64,000 bases of DNA from Bacilli bacterium (GTDB taxonomy: Bacteria > Bacillota_I > Bacilli_A > RFN20 > CAG-826): the NCBI GenBank assembly GCA_022482735.1, contig JAKVOO010000001.1, forward strand, positions 838,837 through 902,836, in the 5' to 3' direction. The notes below the pieces were generated by a model. It ran no database searches and was not told the DNA's origin. It saw only the letters and a program-made list of their open reading frames with translations. This document shows positions 52,526 through 62,273 of the stretch, piece after piece (positions within the stretch are counted from its first letter, which is position 1; every line of letters starts with the position of its first letter). The translations under genes were made by a program, and so were the position numbers.

Positions 52526-53546
52526 TTATTCGCCTTTCATATCAACGACGTCGTTTACCTTGTTATCAATGATATCAAGACATAGTTTTACTGAATCACC
52601 GATTCGCGCATCAATATCATCAGGTTTGACTCCTAAGAAATCCGCACCTTCTTCCTTGTTAATAAACAAATTGGTGGTTTGCATTTGGGTAAATTTTCTC
52701 ATATTAAGCCCACCTTCAATATTGTGACGAGCGCGCATATGGTCAATTTGACTTCCCTTCATGCGAAATAGAAAATCGGGGATGGTGATAATCTTCCGCT
52801 TAGAGGAATACCCCATATATTTATGGAAGATGGTTAACATTTCTTTCCAAGTCATATTATAGTAACCAAAGGGATAAAGATGCCCACCATTATTCTTTTG
52901 TAAAGCTCCTGCTAGTCCTTCGGCAACCTGATGAACAGTCACCATCGTGGTTCCTCCTCGCGGATAAAAAGTTGCTTTTTTCATGGCTTTAATCATCTCT
53001 ACAAGAAACGTCCACACTGGTTTTCTTCCGGGTTGAGTCCCAAAAATATAGGGTAATTCTAATATAGAGACAGCAAAATTGTCATCGGCAAAAGAAAGCG
53101 CCATTTCCTCTTGATCAATTCGCGAGCGAATGTAAGGGGTGAAACTCGGTCAGTTTCCATTCTGGAAAGCGCCGAGCAAAATAAGCAAAATAGGAGCCGC
53201 AAATAGCTACGTGTTTTACTCCTGCCTCTTTAGCTAGGCGAAGCGAGCGTTCTAAAGCATCTATATTATACTTTTTAAACATTTGATAGACTGGTGGCTT
53301 GCCTTCTACTCGTTCATCAATTCCCGCCGCAAAAACAAAGCCATCCATGCCAACGAATTGATTCCTTAATTCATCGTCACTCATTTCCATATAATTTCCA
53401 TAACTAATTTTCATAGCTTTTGGCAAGGCCACCCCATGTGGAAGCGGAGGCAGTGCCAACGAACTAACTTCATGTCCTTGCTCCAATAAAACGCGGGCCG
53501 TTTCTGAGCCCAATAAACCTGTACCACCGATGATAAACACTTTCAT
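52526..53546 (-). CDS. NAD-dependent epimerase/dehydratase (SDR family), frameshifted near 53104..53115.
   Basis: 'MKVFIIGGTGLLGSETARVLLEQGHEV' Rossmann motif in ORF 53115..53546. Conserved C-terminal half in ORF 52526..53104. Confidence 0.7.
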
Positions 53547-53595
53547 ATTCCTTGCTCCTTTGCTTAATTGATAAGCTTAAAGAAATCTAGATGGC

Positions 53596-55401
53596 CTATT
53601 TCTTACTGTCAAAATGTTTTACAAAATCAATAAAATCAGCAAATTGAAGAGGCTTAGCGTAGTAGTAGCCTTGGACCATTTGACACTGTTTTCCGCGTAG
53701 AAATTCCACCTGTTCAAGGGTCTCAGCTCCTTCGGCAACAAGCTTAAGATTGAAAAGATGGGCCAAAGAAATAATCGCTTCCGCTACTTTTCCGTCATCG
53801 TCCTTTGGATAATCTTTAATAAAACTACGATCGATTTTTAATGTATCAATTGGCATATCACGAATATATCCAAGCGATGAGTATCCCGTGCCAAAATCAT
53901 CCAAGGAAATTGTAACGCCTAATTCTCGGATTTTACTAAGATAAGCAATCATTTGCGCTCGGTCATCAATCAAGATGCTCTCCGTAATTTCTAACTCTAA
54001 CTGTTTGGCATCAATATGCGACTTGCCGAGTACATCAATAAGCGTTTCATATAGACGATTTTGCACGTATTGAGAGGCGGTTGTATTAACCGAAAATTGT
54101 AGATGCCTCTTATTAAAAATACTATTGATAATAACTAGATCACTTACCGCTTTACGGATGACAAAAGCGCCGATATCATTCATTAATCCTAAGCGCTCCG
54201 CTACTGGTATAAAACGCATTGGTGATACTAATCCTAAAGTCGGTGATCTCCAACGTAGCAACCCTTCAGCTCCCACGACTATGTTATTTTGAATGTCGAC
54301 CTTGGGCTGATAAAAAAGTTCAAATTCATTGTTCTTGATGCCGTTAACTAACTGTTCTTTGATTTTTTCGTCTTCAGTTATTTTTTGCGATAACTCTGGA
54401 CGATAGAAGATATAATCACGATTGCTATCTTCATTTATTTTCGTCGCCGCAATTTGGGCACTCGTCAATAAAGTGACAGCATTAGCTCCATCTTCCGGAA
54501 AGCGGCTGATGCCGCATTTAAAAGTAAAAAGAAGACTTTCTTCATTACTAAAGTTAATCTCCCTTTCTTCTAGACGAATAATTTCCTCCACAAAAGCTGT
54601 AATAGCACTTATTTCACTCAAAGGTGAAATAATGACAAGCGCATCATCGCTAATTTGCGCGAATGATTCTGAAGGCATATTCATTTGCGTGGCTAGATGC
54701 TCGATAAAACTGACAATACCTCGATAGTACTTCTCCTGTGACTGCGTAATTTGAAGATAACTATAGTTGCTAACCCGTAAGAAAATAATTGAAAATGGTT
54801 TCTTATCATCAATGAGCGCATTCATCCGCTGAATCATCGCATTTTGATTAAGAAGATTAGTACTTGGTACATAATCTCTTAAAAAAGTTATTTGCTCTTC
54901 GGTTTTACGAACAATAGAAAGATCTTCATGGGTACTAACATAACTAAGCCCAATACCAAACAATCCTCGAATCGCATAAATACTAATACGTTTAGGATAA
55001 AGCGTTCCGTCTTTTCTGCGGTCCCACATCTCGCCCGTCCAAAATCCCTTGTTGTGGATATCATTCCACATGTTGTGATAAAAGGTGGAGTCGTGGCGGC
55101 CACTTGATAAAATACGTGGATTCTTTCTTTTTAATTCCTTAAATGTGTAGCCGGTTAAGTCTTCCATCGCTGGGTTCACATAAAAAATTCGTCGATGTCG
55201 ATTGGTGGCAATCACCCCAATTTTTAACGACGAAACGGTAAACCGAGCTAATTTACGACGATGACTGACGTAGGAGATAATAACCGATAATGCCAATAAA
55301 CCGAGTGCTAAAAATAAGATAACTACAAGTGTTATTAATTCAATGTCATTTAAAGATAAAACTGCGATAAATAGTTTAGTCCCGATAAAGAGTTGTTGCA
55401 T
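53596..55401 (-). CDS. Membrane-anchored PAS / degenerate-GGDEF / EAL protein, a likely c-di-GMP phosphodiesterase.
   Basis: N-terminal TM and a PAS region. EAL motifs 'ELEITESIL', 'DDFGTGYSSLGYI', 'KIDRSF', 'VAEGAET'. No GG(D/E)EF motif in the cyclase-like domain. Confidence 0.8.
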   Translation of the reverse strand: MQQLFIGTKLFIAVLSLNDIELITLVVILFLALGLLALSVIISYVSHRRKLARFTVSSLKIGVIATNRHRRIFYVNPAMEDLTGYTFKELKRKNPRILSSGRHDSTFYHNMWNDIHNKGFWTGEMWDRRKDGTLYPKRISIYAIRGLFGIGLSYVSTHEDLSIVRKTEEQITFLRDYVPSTNLLNQNAMIQRMNALIDDKKPFSIIFLRVSNYSYLQITQSQEKYYRGIVSFIEHLATQMNMPSESFAQISDDALVIISPLSEISAITAFVEEIIRLEEREINFSNEESLLFTFKCGISRFPEDGANAVTLLTSAQIAATKINEDSNRDYIFYRPELSQKITEDEKIKEQLVNGIKNNEFELFYQPKVDIQNNIVVGAEGLLRWRSPTLGLVSPMRFIPVAERLGLMNDIGAFVIRKAVSDLVIINSIFNKRHLQFSVNTTASQYVQNRLYETLIDVLGKSHIDAKQLELEITESILIDDRAQMIAYLSKIRELGVTISLDDFGTGYSSLGYIRDMPIDTLKIDRSFIKDYPKDDDGKVAEAIISLAHLFNLKLVAEGAETLEQVEFLRGKQCQMVQGYYYAKPLQFADFIDFVKHFDSKK

Positions 55402-55886
55402 AAAAGACTCCTTCGTTTATTTGAACGCCCCCAACGCCAAATTGATAAAATTATTTGTTGATATGACTGGTTTCACTCCAAGTTTCATCCTGACAAACAA
55501 TATGATAGCATAAATGACTAAAAGTTAGAAACAGCCGATGAAAACTGATAAATTTTCGTCTTAACAAAAAGGTTGTTTTCGAATAATGACAACCAATAGC
55601 AAATATCCTTCTTTAATGCCATCAGTAAGCTCGTATTTATAAATTATCAAAATATTTTCTAAGAAGTTATTCGCTACCTTATAATATATGAAATTTTTTC
55701 CTAAAATAAAAAGAGAATGCTCTTATTTAATAAATTATGTTTTTACTTAATTTATAAGTTGTTTAGAGCCAATTGCTCGCATTTTTAATCGACAATTATG
55801 TATAATCATCCTAGATGTTTTTTGTTTTAATGCCTTTTGGTCCATTTAATCAAGTTGGTTAGATGAGATACCTTTTGGGGGAACTA

Positions 55887-56786
55887 ATGAAAGAAAAAAT
55901 CGAAGACTATGCCAAAATTTTGGATACAAGTTACGATGGAGTCTATTTCGTTGATAAGGACCGAAAGATTTTATATTGGAATAAAGAGGCGGAAAAAATT
56001 TCCGGTTACGGAGAAAAGGAAGTCGTTAACTACCACTGCTTTGACAATATTTTAAACCATGTTGATGAGGAAGGGGTATGCCTATGTACGACGGCCTGTC
56101 CTTTGTCCAAAACCATGAGTGATGGTATTCGCCGAGAAGCTAAAGTGTATCTTCATCATAAAAAGGGGCATCGCGTCGCAGTCACTATTCGCACAGTTCC
56201 TTTGATTGTAAATGGTGAGATTGTCGGTGCTTTTGAGTTTTTCGTTCATAATAATGATAACCTTCCCATGTCCAAGATTGACGAACTTACTTATTTGGCT
56301 CTGCATGACCAATTGACTGGTATTCCTAATCGACGATATATTGATTCAACTCTCAAGAATTTTATCCGACAATATAACGATCTAAGTCTTTCCTTTTCCG
56401 TTATGATGATCGATATCGATCACTTTAAATTGATTAATGATACTTATGGCCATGATATGGGCGATAAAGTACTAAAAATGGTTGCCACCACGCTTTCGGA
56501 TATATTCACTGAGCCGACCTTTATCGGTCGGTGGGGCGGAGAGGAATTTATGGTCATATCCGCTTGCCATTCTCCCCATGAATTAGAAGAAATTGCCAAT
56601 CATGCTATTACTTTAGTGAATAACTCCAGTTTTGTGGACCATGGCAATAATATATCGGTGACCATTCTCCATTGGGATTACCATTGCCCAAAAAGACGAT
56701 GATGAAGAGGCAATCACTCGACGAGCTGATCAAGGAATGTATGAAATCAAAGCGCAAGGCCGAAATCGGTTTACATTTATAAAATA
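55887..56786 (+). CDS. PAS-GGDEF diguanylate cyclase. A frameshift near ~56670 means the last ~29 aa are read in another frame.
   Basis: 'RWGGEEFMVISA' GGEEF motif. The shifted frame gives the canonical C-terminus 'GITIAQKDDDEEAITRRADQGMYEIKAQGRNRFTFIK*'. Start set at the ATG with a GGGGGA RBS (MKEKIEDY...). Confidence 0.75.
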
Positions 56787-56818
56787 AAGGACACACTAAT
56801 GTGTGCCCTTTTTTATTT
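56786..56818. terminator. Rho-independent terminator between convergent genes, with T/A runs on both flanks.
   Basis: AGGACACAC-TAAT-GTGTGCCCT stem-loop followed by TTTTTTATTTATTAT. Confidence 0.65.
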
Positions 56819-56819
56819 A

Positions 56820-58271
56820 TTATAGGGCTTCGGCTCCAAAGTCCTCAACGAACTTGGCTCTTAATCTCTCTTGCCAATCGCCATTTTCCTCTAAACGTCC
56901 AATAAAGAAACGCATAACTTTTGGCTCTTCAACAAAGTGGAGTCCTCCGATAAGATGACGATTTTCGAAAAGCCAATTTAAGCGATCAGCAATAAAAGTT
57001 ATTTGCGAAAGCGTAAATACTCGTCGGGGGAGCGCAAGACGAACAAGTTCCATGCTGGCGGGATGTTCGCTGCCATCGGCATTTCGTGTTTCTGATATCG
57101 TCCCCCGTTCCATCCCGCGGGCGCCACTGACGATAAATATTGCCGCAGCTAATGCTCCCGCCGGATATTCTTCCGATTTAACGTGAGGAATGAACGCCCG
57201 GGCATTAAGATGCAGTCCTAATCCGCCAAATGGAGTGATAACCGGAATGCCATTTTTTTGGAGCATTTGTCCAAAAGCCGCGATAAACTCTGGACCCTGG
57301 GATATCATGTCGATATCTAGTGTTTCCTCAATGCCTATAGCCAAGGCTTCCATTTCACGAACGGACATACCTCCATAAGTAAGAAAACCTTCAAATAATG
57401 GAATAAGGTTTTTCATCTGATCAAAGAGTTCCTTGTGAGGAGTTACGATACCCCCACCGCGCGCACTACCGAGTTTTCGTCCGGAGAAATAGATGATATC
57501 GGCTGTCTTAGCTATCGCTAAAACAATTTCGTGGATGCTCATATTTTTTGCTTGGGGCTCACGGGTTTTAATAAAGAAAAGATTATCCGATAAAAGGGAA
57601 GCGTCAATTACCAACATGATTTTGTTTTGGCGACAAAACGCACCAACTTCTTCAATATTTTTCAAGGAAACTGGTTGCCCGCCAATGAGGTTTGTTCCCA
57701 TTTCTAATCGCACAAAGGGGATCCTATCTTTACCGACACGATCAATAAGCGCCTTTAATTTTTCGATATCCATATCACCCTTAAATGGATTATCGCTTTC
57801 TGGAATAATCGCTTTGTCAAAAAAACATTCCTCGACGCTTCCTTTGCACTCCATGATATGTGCTTTGGTCGTGGTAAAATGATAGTTCATTGGAACGATA
57901 TCATCGGGTTTGACAAATACTTTAGCCAGTATATGCTCACAAGCCCTTCCCTGATGGGCGGGAAGGAAAAACTTCATACCAAAGAAGTCCTGCAAAGCTT
58001 TCTCCAAACGAAAGAAAGTCTCACTTCCCGCGTAAGAATCATCGGCGATGGACATCGAGGCTATTTGCCGATCACTCATCGCATTAGTTCCGCTGTCGGT
58101 CAACATATCCAGAAAAACATCCCGATTTCTTAAAAGAAAAGTGTTATTCCCGGCTTCCTGAATAGCCTGTAATCGCTCATCAATGGGAAGTAAATTTAAC
58201 TTTTGAACAACTCTGACTTTGTGCATTTCTAATGGAAATGGCTCGGCTTTAAATCTAGCAATGTGGAACAT
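56820..58271 (-). CDS. Beta-eliminating lyase of the tryptophanase/tyrosine phenol-lyase family. It sits behind a Tyr-type T-box leader, so it is possibly a tyrosine phenol-lyase.
   Basis: Colinear with E. coli TnaA: 'NTFLLRNRDVFLDMLTDSGTNAMSDRQ', 'GGQPVSL', 'FIKTREPQ', 'FLTYGGM', 'EPKVMRFFIGRLEE'. 483 aa. TnaA versus TPL cannot be decided from the sequence alone. Confidence 0.85.
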   Translation of the reverse strand: MFHIARFKAEPFPLEMHKVRVVQKLNLLPIDERLQAIQEAGNNTFLLRNRDVFLDMLTDSGTNAMSDRQIASMSIADDSYAGSETFFRLEKALQDFFGMKFFLPAHQGRACEHILAKVFVKPDDIVPMNYHFTTTKAHIMECKGSVEECFFDKAIIPESDNPFKGDMDIEKLKALIDRVGKDRIPFVRLEMGTNLIGGQPVSLKNIEEVGAFCRQNKIMLVIDASLLSDNLFFIKTREPQAKNMSIHEIVLAIAKTADIIYFSGRKLGSARGGGIVTPHKELFDQMKNLIPLFEGFLTYGGMSVREMEALAIGIEETLDIDMISQGPEFIAAFGQMLQKNGIPVITPFGGLGLHLNARAFIPHVKSEEYPAGALAAAIFIVSGARGMERGTISETRNADGSEHPASMELVRLALPRRVFTLSQITFIADRLNWLFENRHLIGGLHFVEEPKVMRFFIGRLEENGDWQERLRAKFVEDFGAEAL

Positions 58272-58289
58272 ATAGTTCTCCTTTCTAAA

Positions 58290-58568
58290 CGGGAGAAAAT
58301 AAAAAACGATTTTCTCCTTGCTTTCACAGGGACGAAAATCGTTCAGATATTCCGCGGTACCACCCTAATTATGGCCATTGCCATCACTTATCGAGTCCAA
58401 CAACTCTAGTCGTTTTAACGGACAACTACCGGGAGTGCCTACTAGTTTCAGCCTCCGACTCCGAAGTGTATATTTTGTTTCGATCTAATTTCCATTTGCA
58501 CCGCGACTGGACTCTCTAAATTTAGATTTGAAACTTTTCTCTTCATCAACGTCTTTTAATATTTGGTT
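58290..58568 (-). ncRNA. T-box riboswitch leader with a complete architecture. The specifier reads as UAC (Tyr) and the antiterminator bulge as UGGU. It is followed by an intrinsic terminator and then the RBS of the lyase gene.
   Basis: Promoter TTGACT (58602..58597), 16-bp spacer, TAGAAT (58580..58575). Stem I has GATGAAGAG and AGAGAG elements. Specifier loop '...AAAAUAUAC-A-CUUCGG' (58470..58468), parallel to the glyQS 'AAGGCA-CUUCG'. F-box CCGTTA (58421..58416). T-box AATTAGGGTGGTACCGCGG (58370..58352). Terminator AACGATTTTCGTCC...GGAGAAAATCGTT + TTTTTTATTTT (58344..58296). Confidence 0.85.
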
Positions 58569-58625
58569 AACTATATTCTATCGGCAGCAGTTAATAAGTC
58601 AATGTTTTTCGTAATAAATTACTTA

Positions 58626-60482
58626 CTATTCACTCATCGCATCAAATTGGCTGTTGTACAAATCGGCGTAAAAACCATTTTTACTTAACAATTCAACATG
58701 GGTGCCGCTTTCGACTACATTTCCATCCTTCAAAACTAATATCAAATCAGCATTTTTAATAGTCGACAAGCGATGGGCAATGACAAAACTCGTCCGCCCA
58801 TGCATAAGTCGATCCATTGCTTTTTGAATAATAATTTCGGTTCTGGTATCAACTGAACTTGTAGCCTCATCTAAGATTAATAAAGGGGCATCAACAATCA
58901 TCGCCCGGGCGATGGTCATCAATTGTTTTTGGCCGGCGGAAAGATTTAATTTATCAGTCAAAATGGTCTCATAACCGTTAGGAAGTGTGCGAATGAAGAA
59001 ATCAATACCCGCAACTTTACAGGCTTCCTTGACCATCTCGTCAGTTACCCCTTTGCGATTATAGGCAATATTTTCCTTAATAGTTCCTTCAAAGAGCCAC
59101 GTGTCCTGAAGAACCATACAGAATTGGTCATGAACATTTTCCCGCGGAACATCCAAAGTGGAAGTCCCATCAATTTTGATTTGGCCATCTTCAACTTCAT
59201 AAAAGCGCATTAGAAGATTGACTAGTGTAGTTTTACCCGCACCGGTCGGACCGACAATCGCTATCTTCTGCCCAGCTTTAGCTTTCATTGAAAAGTCGGG
59301 AATAATAATTTTGTCACTATCATACCCAAATTTGACGTGATTAAATTCAACATCACCCTTTACATATTGCAAGGTTTTTGTTTTATCAAACTCAGCATTT
59401 AACTCTGGCTCATCAAGAAAACTAAACACTCTTTCGGAAGCGGCCGCTCCCGATTGAATACGATTCGCGGCTTGAGCAAATTGCGACATTGGCTGAGTGA
59501 ATAAACGGATATATAGCATGAATGAAGCAATTACTCCAAATTGAATTTTTCCATTGATCGCCAACAGAGCCCCGACTATGGAAACCACAACATAACCAAA
59601 GTTACCGATAAATTGCATAATCGGCATCATTAGTCCAGAGAGAAATTGCGACCTCCAAGCATTGATAAATAAATCATCATTCATGCGATTAAAACTTTTT
59701 AGCGCAGCCTTTTCTCCATTATAGGCCTTGACTATGGTATGCCCGGAGTATACTTCTTCTATATGACCGTTTATCGCTCCAAGTCCGTTTTGCTGATTGA
59801 GAAAGTACTTTTGTGATTTTTTAATGATGATTATCATTAATAAGAAACCGATTAAAGTGGACGCCACCGCCGCAAAAGCCATAATATAATTGGTAAGAAA
59901 CATCATAATAAGTGAACCAAAAAACATGGTTATGGCACTAACCAAGGTCCCTAAACTTTGGTTTAAAGTTTGGGCAATCGTATCCACATCATTGGTTACC
60001 CGACTTAAGACATCTCCGTAAGAATTATTATCAAAATACTTGAGAGGAAGGCGATTAATTTTATGATCAATGTCCCGTCTTAGTTTATAAGAGAGGCGTT
60101 GGGCAATCGTCGCCATAATATAACTTTGAATATAATTGAAAATAAAGCCTAGACCATAGATAACAATAAGAAAGATAGATAGTTTTTTGATTTCGGGTAA
60201 ATTGATGGTTCCGGTGATTCCATTGACAATATAATTGGTGATGTCACCAATTTTTTGGGGACCGATAATATTAAGTATAGTGCCGGCTATAGCTAAGATA
60301 ATGGCAATCGCGCCAAAAATTACAAAACTTTTACCATAGGCAAATAGTTTGCTGACGGAGCCTTTAAAATCTTTAGCCTTTTCTCCAGGAGCAAAACCAC
60401 CATGACCAACCCGTCCTCCCATACCCATCTTCGGATTATTCTTATAAGTGGCACTTACCGCTTTTTCTTTACTATCACTCAT
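58626..60482 (-). CDS. ABC transporter ATP-binding/permease (type I exporter half-transporter; heterodimer partner of 60475..62244).
   Basis: Six-TM domain plus an NBD with Walker A 'GPTGAGKTT', signature 'LSAGQKQL' and Walker B 'ILDEATS'. Confidence 0.9.
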   Translation of the reverse strand: MSDSKEKAVSATYKNNPKMGMGGRVGHGGFAPGEKAKDFKGSVSKLFAYGKSFVIFGAIAIILAIAGTILNIIGPQKIGDITNYIVNGITGTINLPEIKKLSIFLIVIYGLGFIFNYIQSYIMATIAQRLSYKLRRDIDHKINRLPLKYFDNNSYGDVLSRVTNDVDTIAQTLNQSLGTLVSAITMFFGSLIMMFLTNYIMAFAAVASTLIGFLLMIIIIKKSQKYFLNQQNGLGAINGHIEEVYSGHTIVKAYNGEKAALKSFNRMNDDLFINAWRSQFLSGLMMPIMQFIGNFGYVVVSIVGALLAINGKIQFGVIASFMLYIRLFTQPMSQFAQAANRIQSGAAASERVFSFLDEPELNAEFDKTKTLQYVKGDVEFNHVKFGYDSDKIIIPDFSMKAKAGQKIAIVGPTGAGKTTLVNLLMRFYEVEDGQIKIDGTSTLDVPRENVHDQFCMVLQDTWLFEGTIKENIAYNRKGVTDEMVKEACKVAGIDFFIRTLPNGYETILTDKLNLSAGQKQLMTIARAMIVDAPLLILDEATSSVDTRTEIIIQKAMDRLMHGRTSFVIAHRLSTIKNADLILVLKDGNVVESGTHVELLSKNGFYADLYNSQFDAMSE

Positions 60483-62244
60483 GATTTAATTCCTCCTGGG
60501 TAAGCTGAGATAAAGCTATCTCGCGATAGACTTCACAGTTTGTTAGCAAATCTTGGTGCTTTCCATAGCCGACAATCTTGCCCTCATCAAGAACAAGAAT
60601 ATGGTCGGCATCCTTAATGGTTCCAATTCTTTGAGCAACGATAATACTTGTCACTCCTTGCGAATACTTGCGTAACGCCTCGCGCAACAGTTTATCAGTC
60701 TTATAATCCAACGCCGAGAAGGAATCATCAAACACATAGATTTCCGGCTTTTTATAGATGGCACGAGCGATTGAAATACGCTGCTTTTGCCCTCCGCTAA
60801 AATTGGATCCTCCCTGCGCAACTTGTGCTAACTCCTGCTTAGGAAGTTGATGCACAAAATCTTCCGCTTGAGCAATTTTTAATGCTTGAAGGATATCTTC
60901 CTTTTCCTGCTCCGCACTACTATCCGTTTTCGAACCATAGGTAACATTGGAAGCGATGGTTCCGCTGAACAGAATCGCTTTCTGCGATACATAGCCAATT
61001 TTTTGATGAAGGTTTTCCTGCGAATATTCTTTGACGTTAATCCCGTCAATAAGAATCTCTCCTTGCGACACATCATAGAAGCGAGGCAATAGATTAACAA
61101 GAGTACTCTTTCCACTTCCGGTAGCACCGATAATGGCTAAACTTTCTCCTTGATGAAGGGTGAAGCTAATATTTTCCAAAACATTTTCCACGGCATCAGG
61201 GTAGGCAAAGAATACATTGCGAAACTCAACATCACCGCTCGAATCGCTAACTAAATCATTATTTTTGCCATCAATAATCCGCGGTTTGGTATCTAAGACT
61301 GCCATAATCCGTTTGGCCGAAACACTCGCTCGCGGTAGCATAATGAATATCATCGTCAACATCATAAAAGACATAATAACCTGCATAGCGTAAGAGGAGA
61401 AAACTATCATATCGGAAAACACTTGAATACGATTGCTAAAGGAAGCGTTATTAATAAGAATAGCGCCGATCCAATATATGGCCACCGATAAACCAGAAGC
61501 AATGATTGTCATTGTCGGTTGAATGATGGCCATTAACCGGTTGGTAAAAAGATTAGTTTTTGTAAGTTTGATATTGGCACTATCAAATTTATTCTCCTGA
61601 TAGTCTTCAGCATTATAGGCTCTAATCACTCGTAAACCCGATAAATTTTCGCGCGTGACGCGGTTCAAACTATCGGTCAAATTTTGGATAATTTTAAACT
61701 TTGGCACGGCAAAGATAATGATAACGCTAAGCATTGATACAAGAATTACAACTCCAATTGCCGTTGATAGAGTCCATTCCCAACTCTTGTTATATATTTT
61801 GATAATGGCCCATACCGCCATGATTGGCGCACGAACAATAAACTGAAGTCCCATGCCAATAAACATTTGAATTTGTGTAATATCATTAGTGGAGCGAGTG
61901 ATAAGACTGGCCGTTGAGAAATTATTTATTTCTTCCATCGAAAAAGAAATAGTTTTGTTGAACACTTCTTTTCGTAACCGCATTGCCATTGTCGCGGCAA
62001 CAAATGAAGATAAAAACCCAATTGCTACCGCTGCAATCACACTTCCGATTGCACATAAGAGCATGTATCCTCCTTGAATGAGAATATCCTGCATTGCGCT
62101 TCCTTCGGTCTCAACGAGGGTAGTAATTTCCTGCATATACTCTGGTAGTTTTAAATCGAGCCAGACTTGAGCAACAATAAAAACAATACTTATGAGAATG
62201 GCCAACCATTCTTTTATTTTTAAATACTTAAAAATTCTTACCAT
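60475..62244 (-). CDS. ABC transporter ATP-binding/permease (exporter half-transporter).
   Basis: TM domain plus an NBD with 'GATGSGKST', 'FSGGQKQRISIARA' and 'VFDDSFSALD'. Overlaps its partner by 8 nt. Confidence 0.9.
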   Translation of the reverse strand: MVRIFKYLKIKEWLAILISIVFIVAQVWLDLKLPEYMQEITTLVETEGSAMQDILIQGGYMLLCAIGSVIAAVAIGFLSSFVAATMAMRLRKEVFNKTISFSMEEINNFSTASLITRSTNDITQIQMFIGMGLQFIVRAPIMAVWAIIKIYNKSWEWTLSTAIGVVILVSMLSVIIIFAVPKFKIIQNLTDSLNRVTRENLSGLRVIRAYNAEDYQENKFDSANIKLTKTNLFTNRLMAIIQPTMTIIASGLSVAIYWIGAILINNASFSNRIQVFSDMIVFSSYAMQVIMSFMMLTMIFIMLPRASVSAKRIMAVLDTKPRIIDGKNNDLVSDSSGDVEFRNVFFAYPDAVENVLENISFTLHQGESLAIIGATGSGKSTLVNLLPRFYDVSQGEILIDGINVKEYSQENLHQKIGYVSQKAILFSGTIASNVTYGSKTDSSAEQEKEDILQALKIAQAEDFVHQLPKQELAQVAQGGSNFSGGQKQRISIARAIYKKPEIYVFDDSFSALDYKTDKLLREALRKYSQGVTSIIVAQRIGTIKDADHILVLDEGKIVGYGKHQDLLTNCEVYREIALSQLTQEELNHE

Positions 62245-62273
62245 AAAGGTCTCCTATAAATTTCAAAACGACT

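Noticed and set aside
56820-58271. Annotating the lyase simply as tryptophanase (tnaA) with a tnaC-type leader peptide.
   Set aside because: The upstream region contains no tnaC-like short ORF with a Trp codon. It is instead a canonical T-box leader whose specifier and discriminator-pairing base fit tRNA-Tyr, so the substrate assignment is left open as TnaA or TPL.
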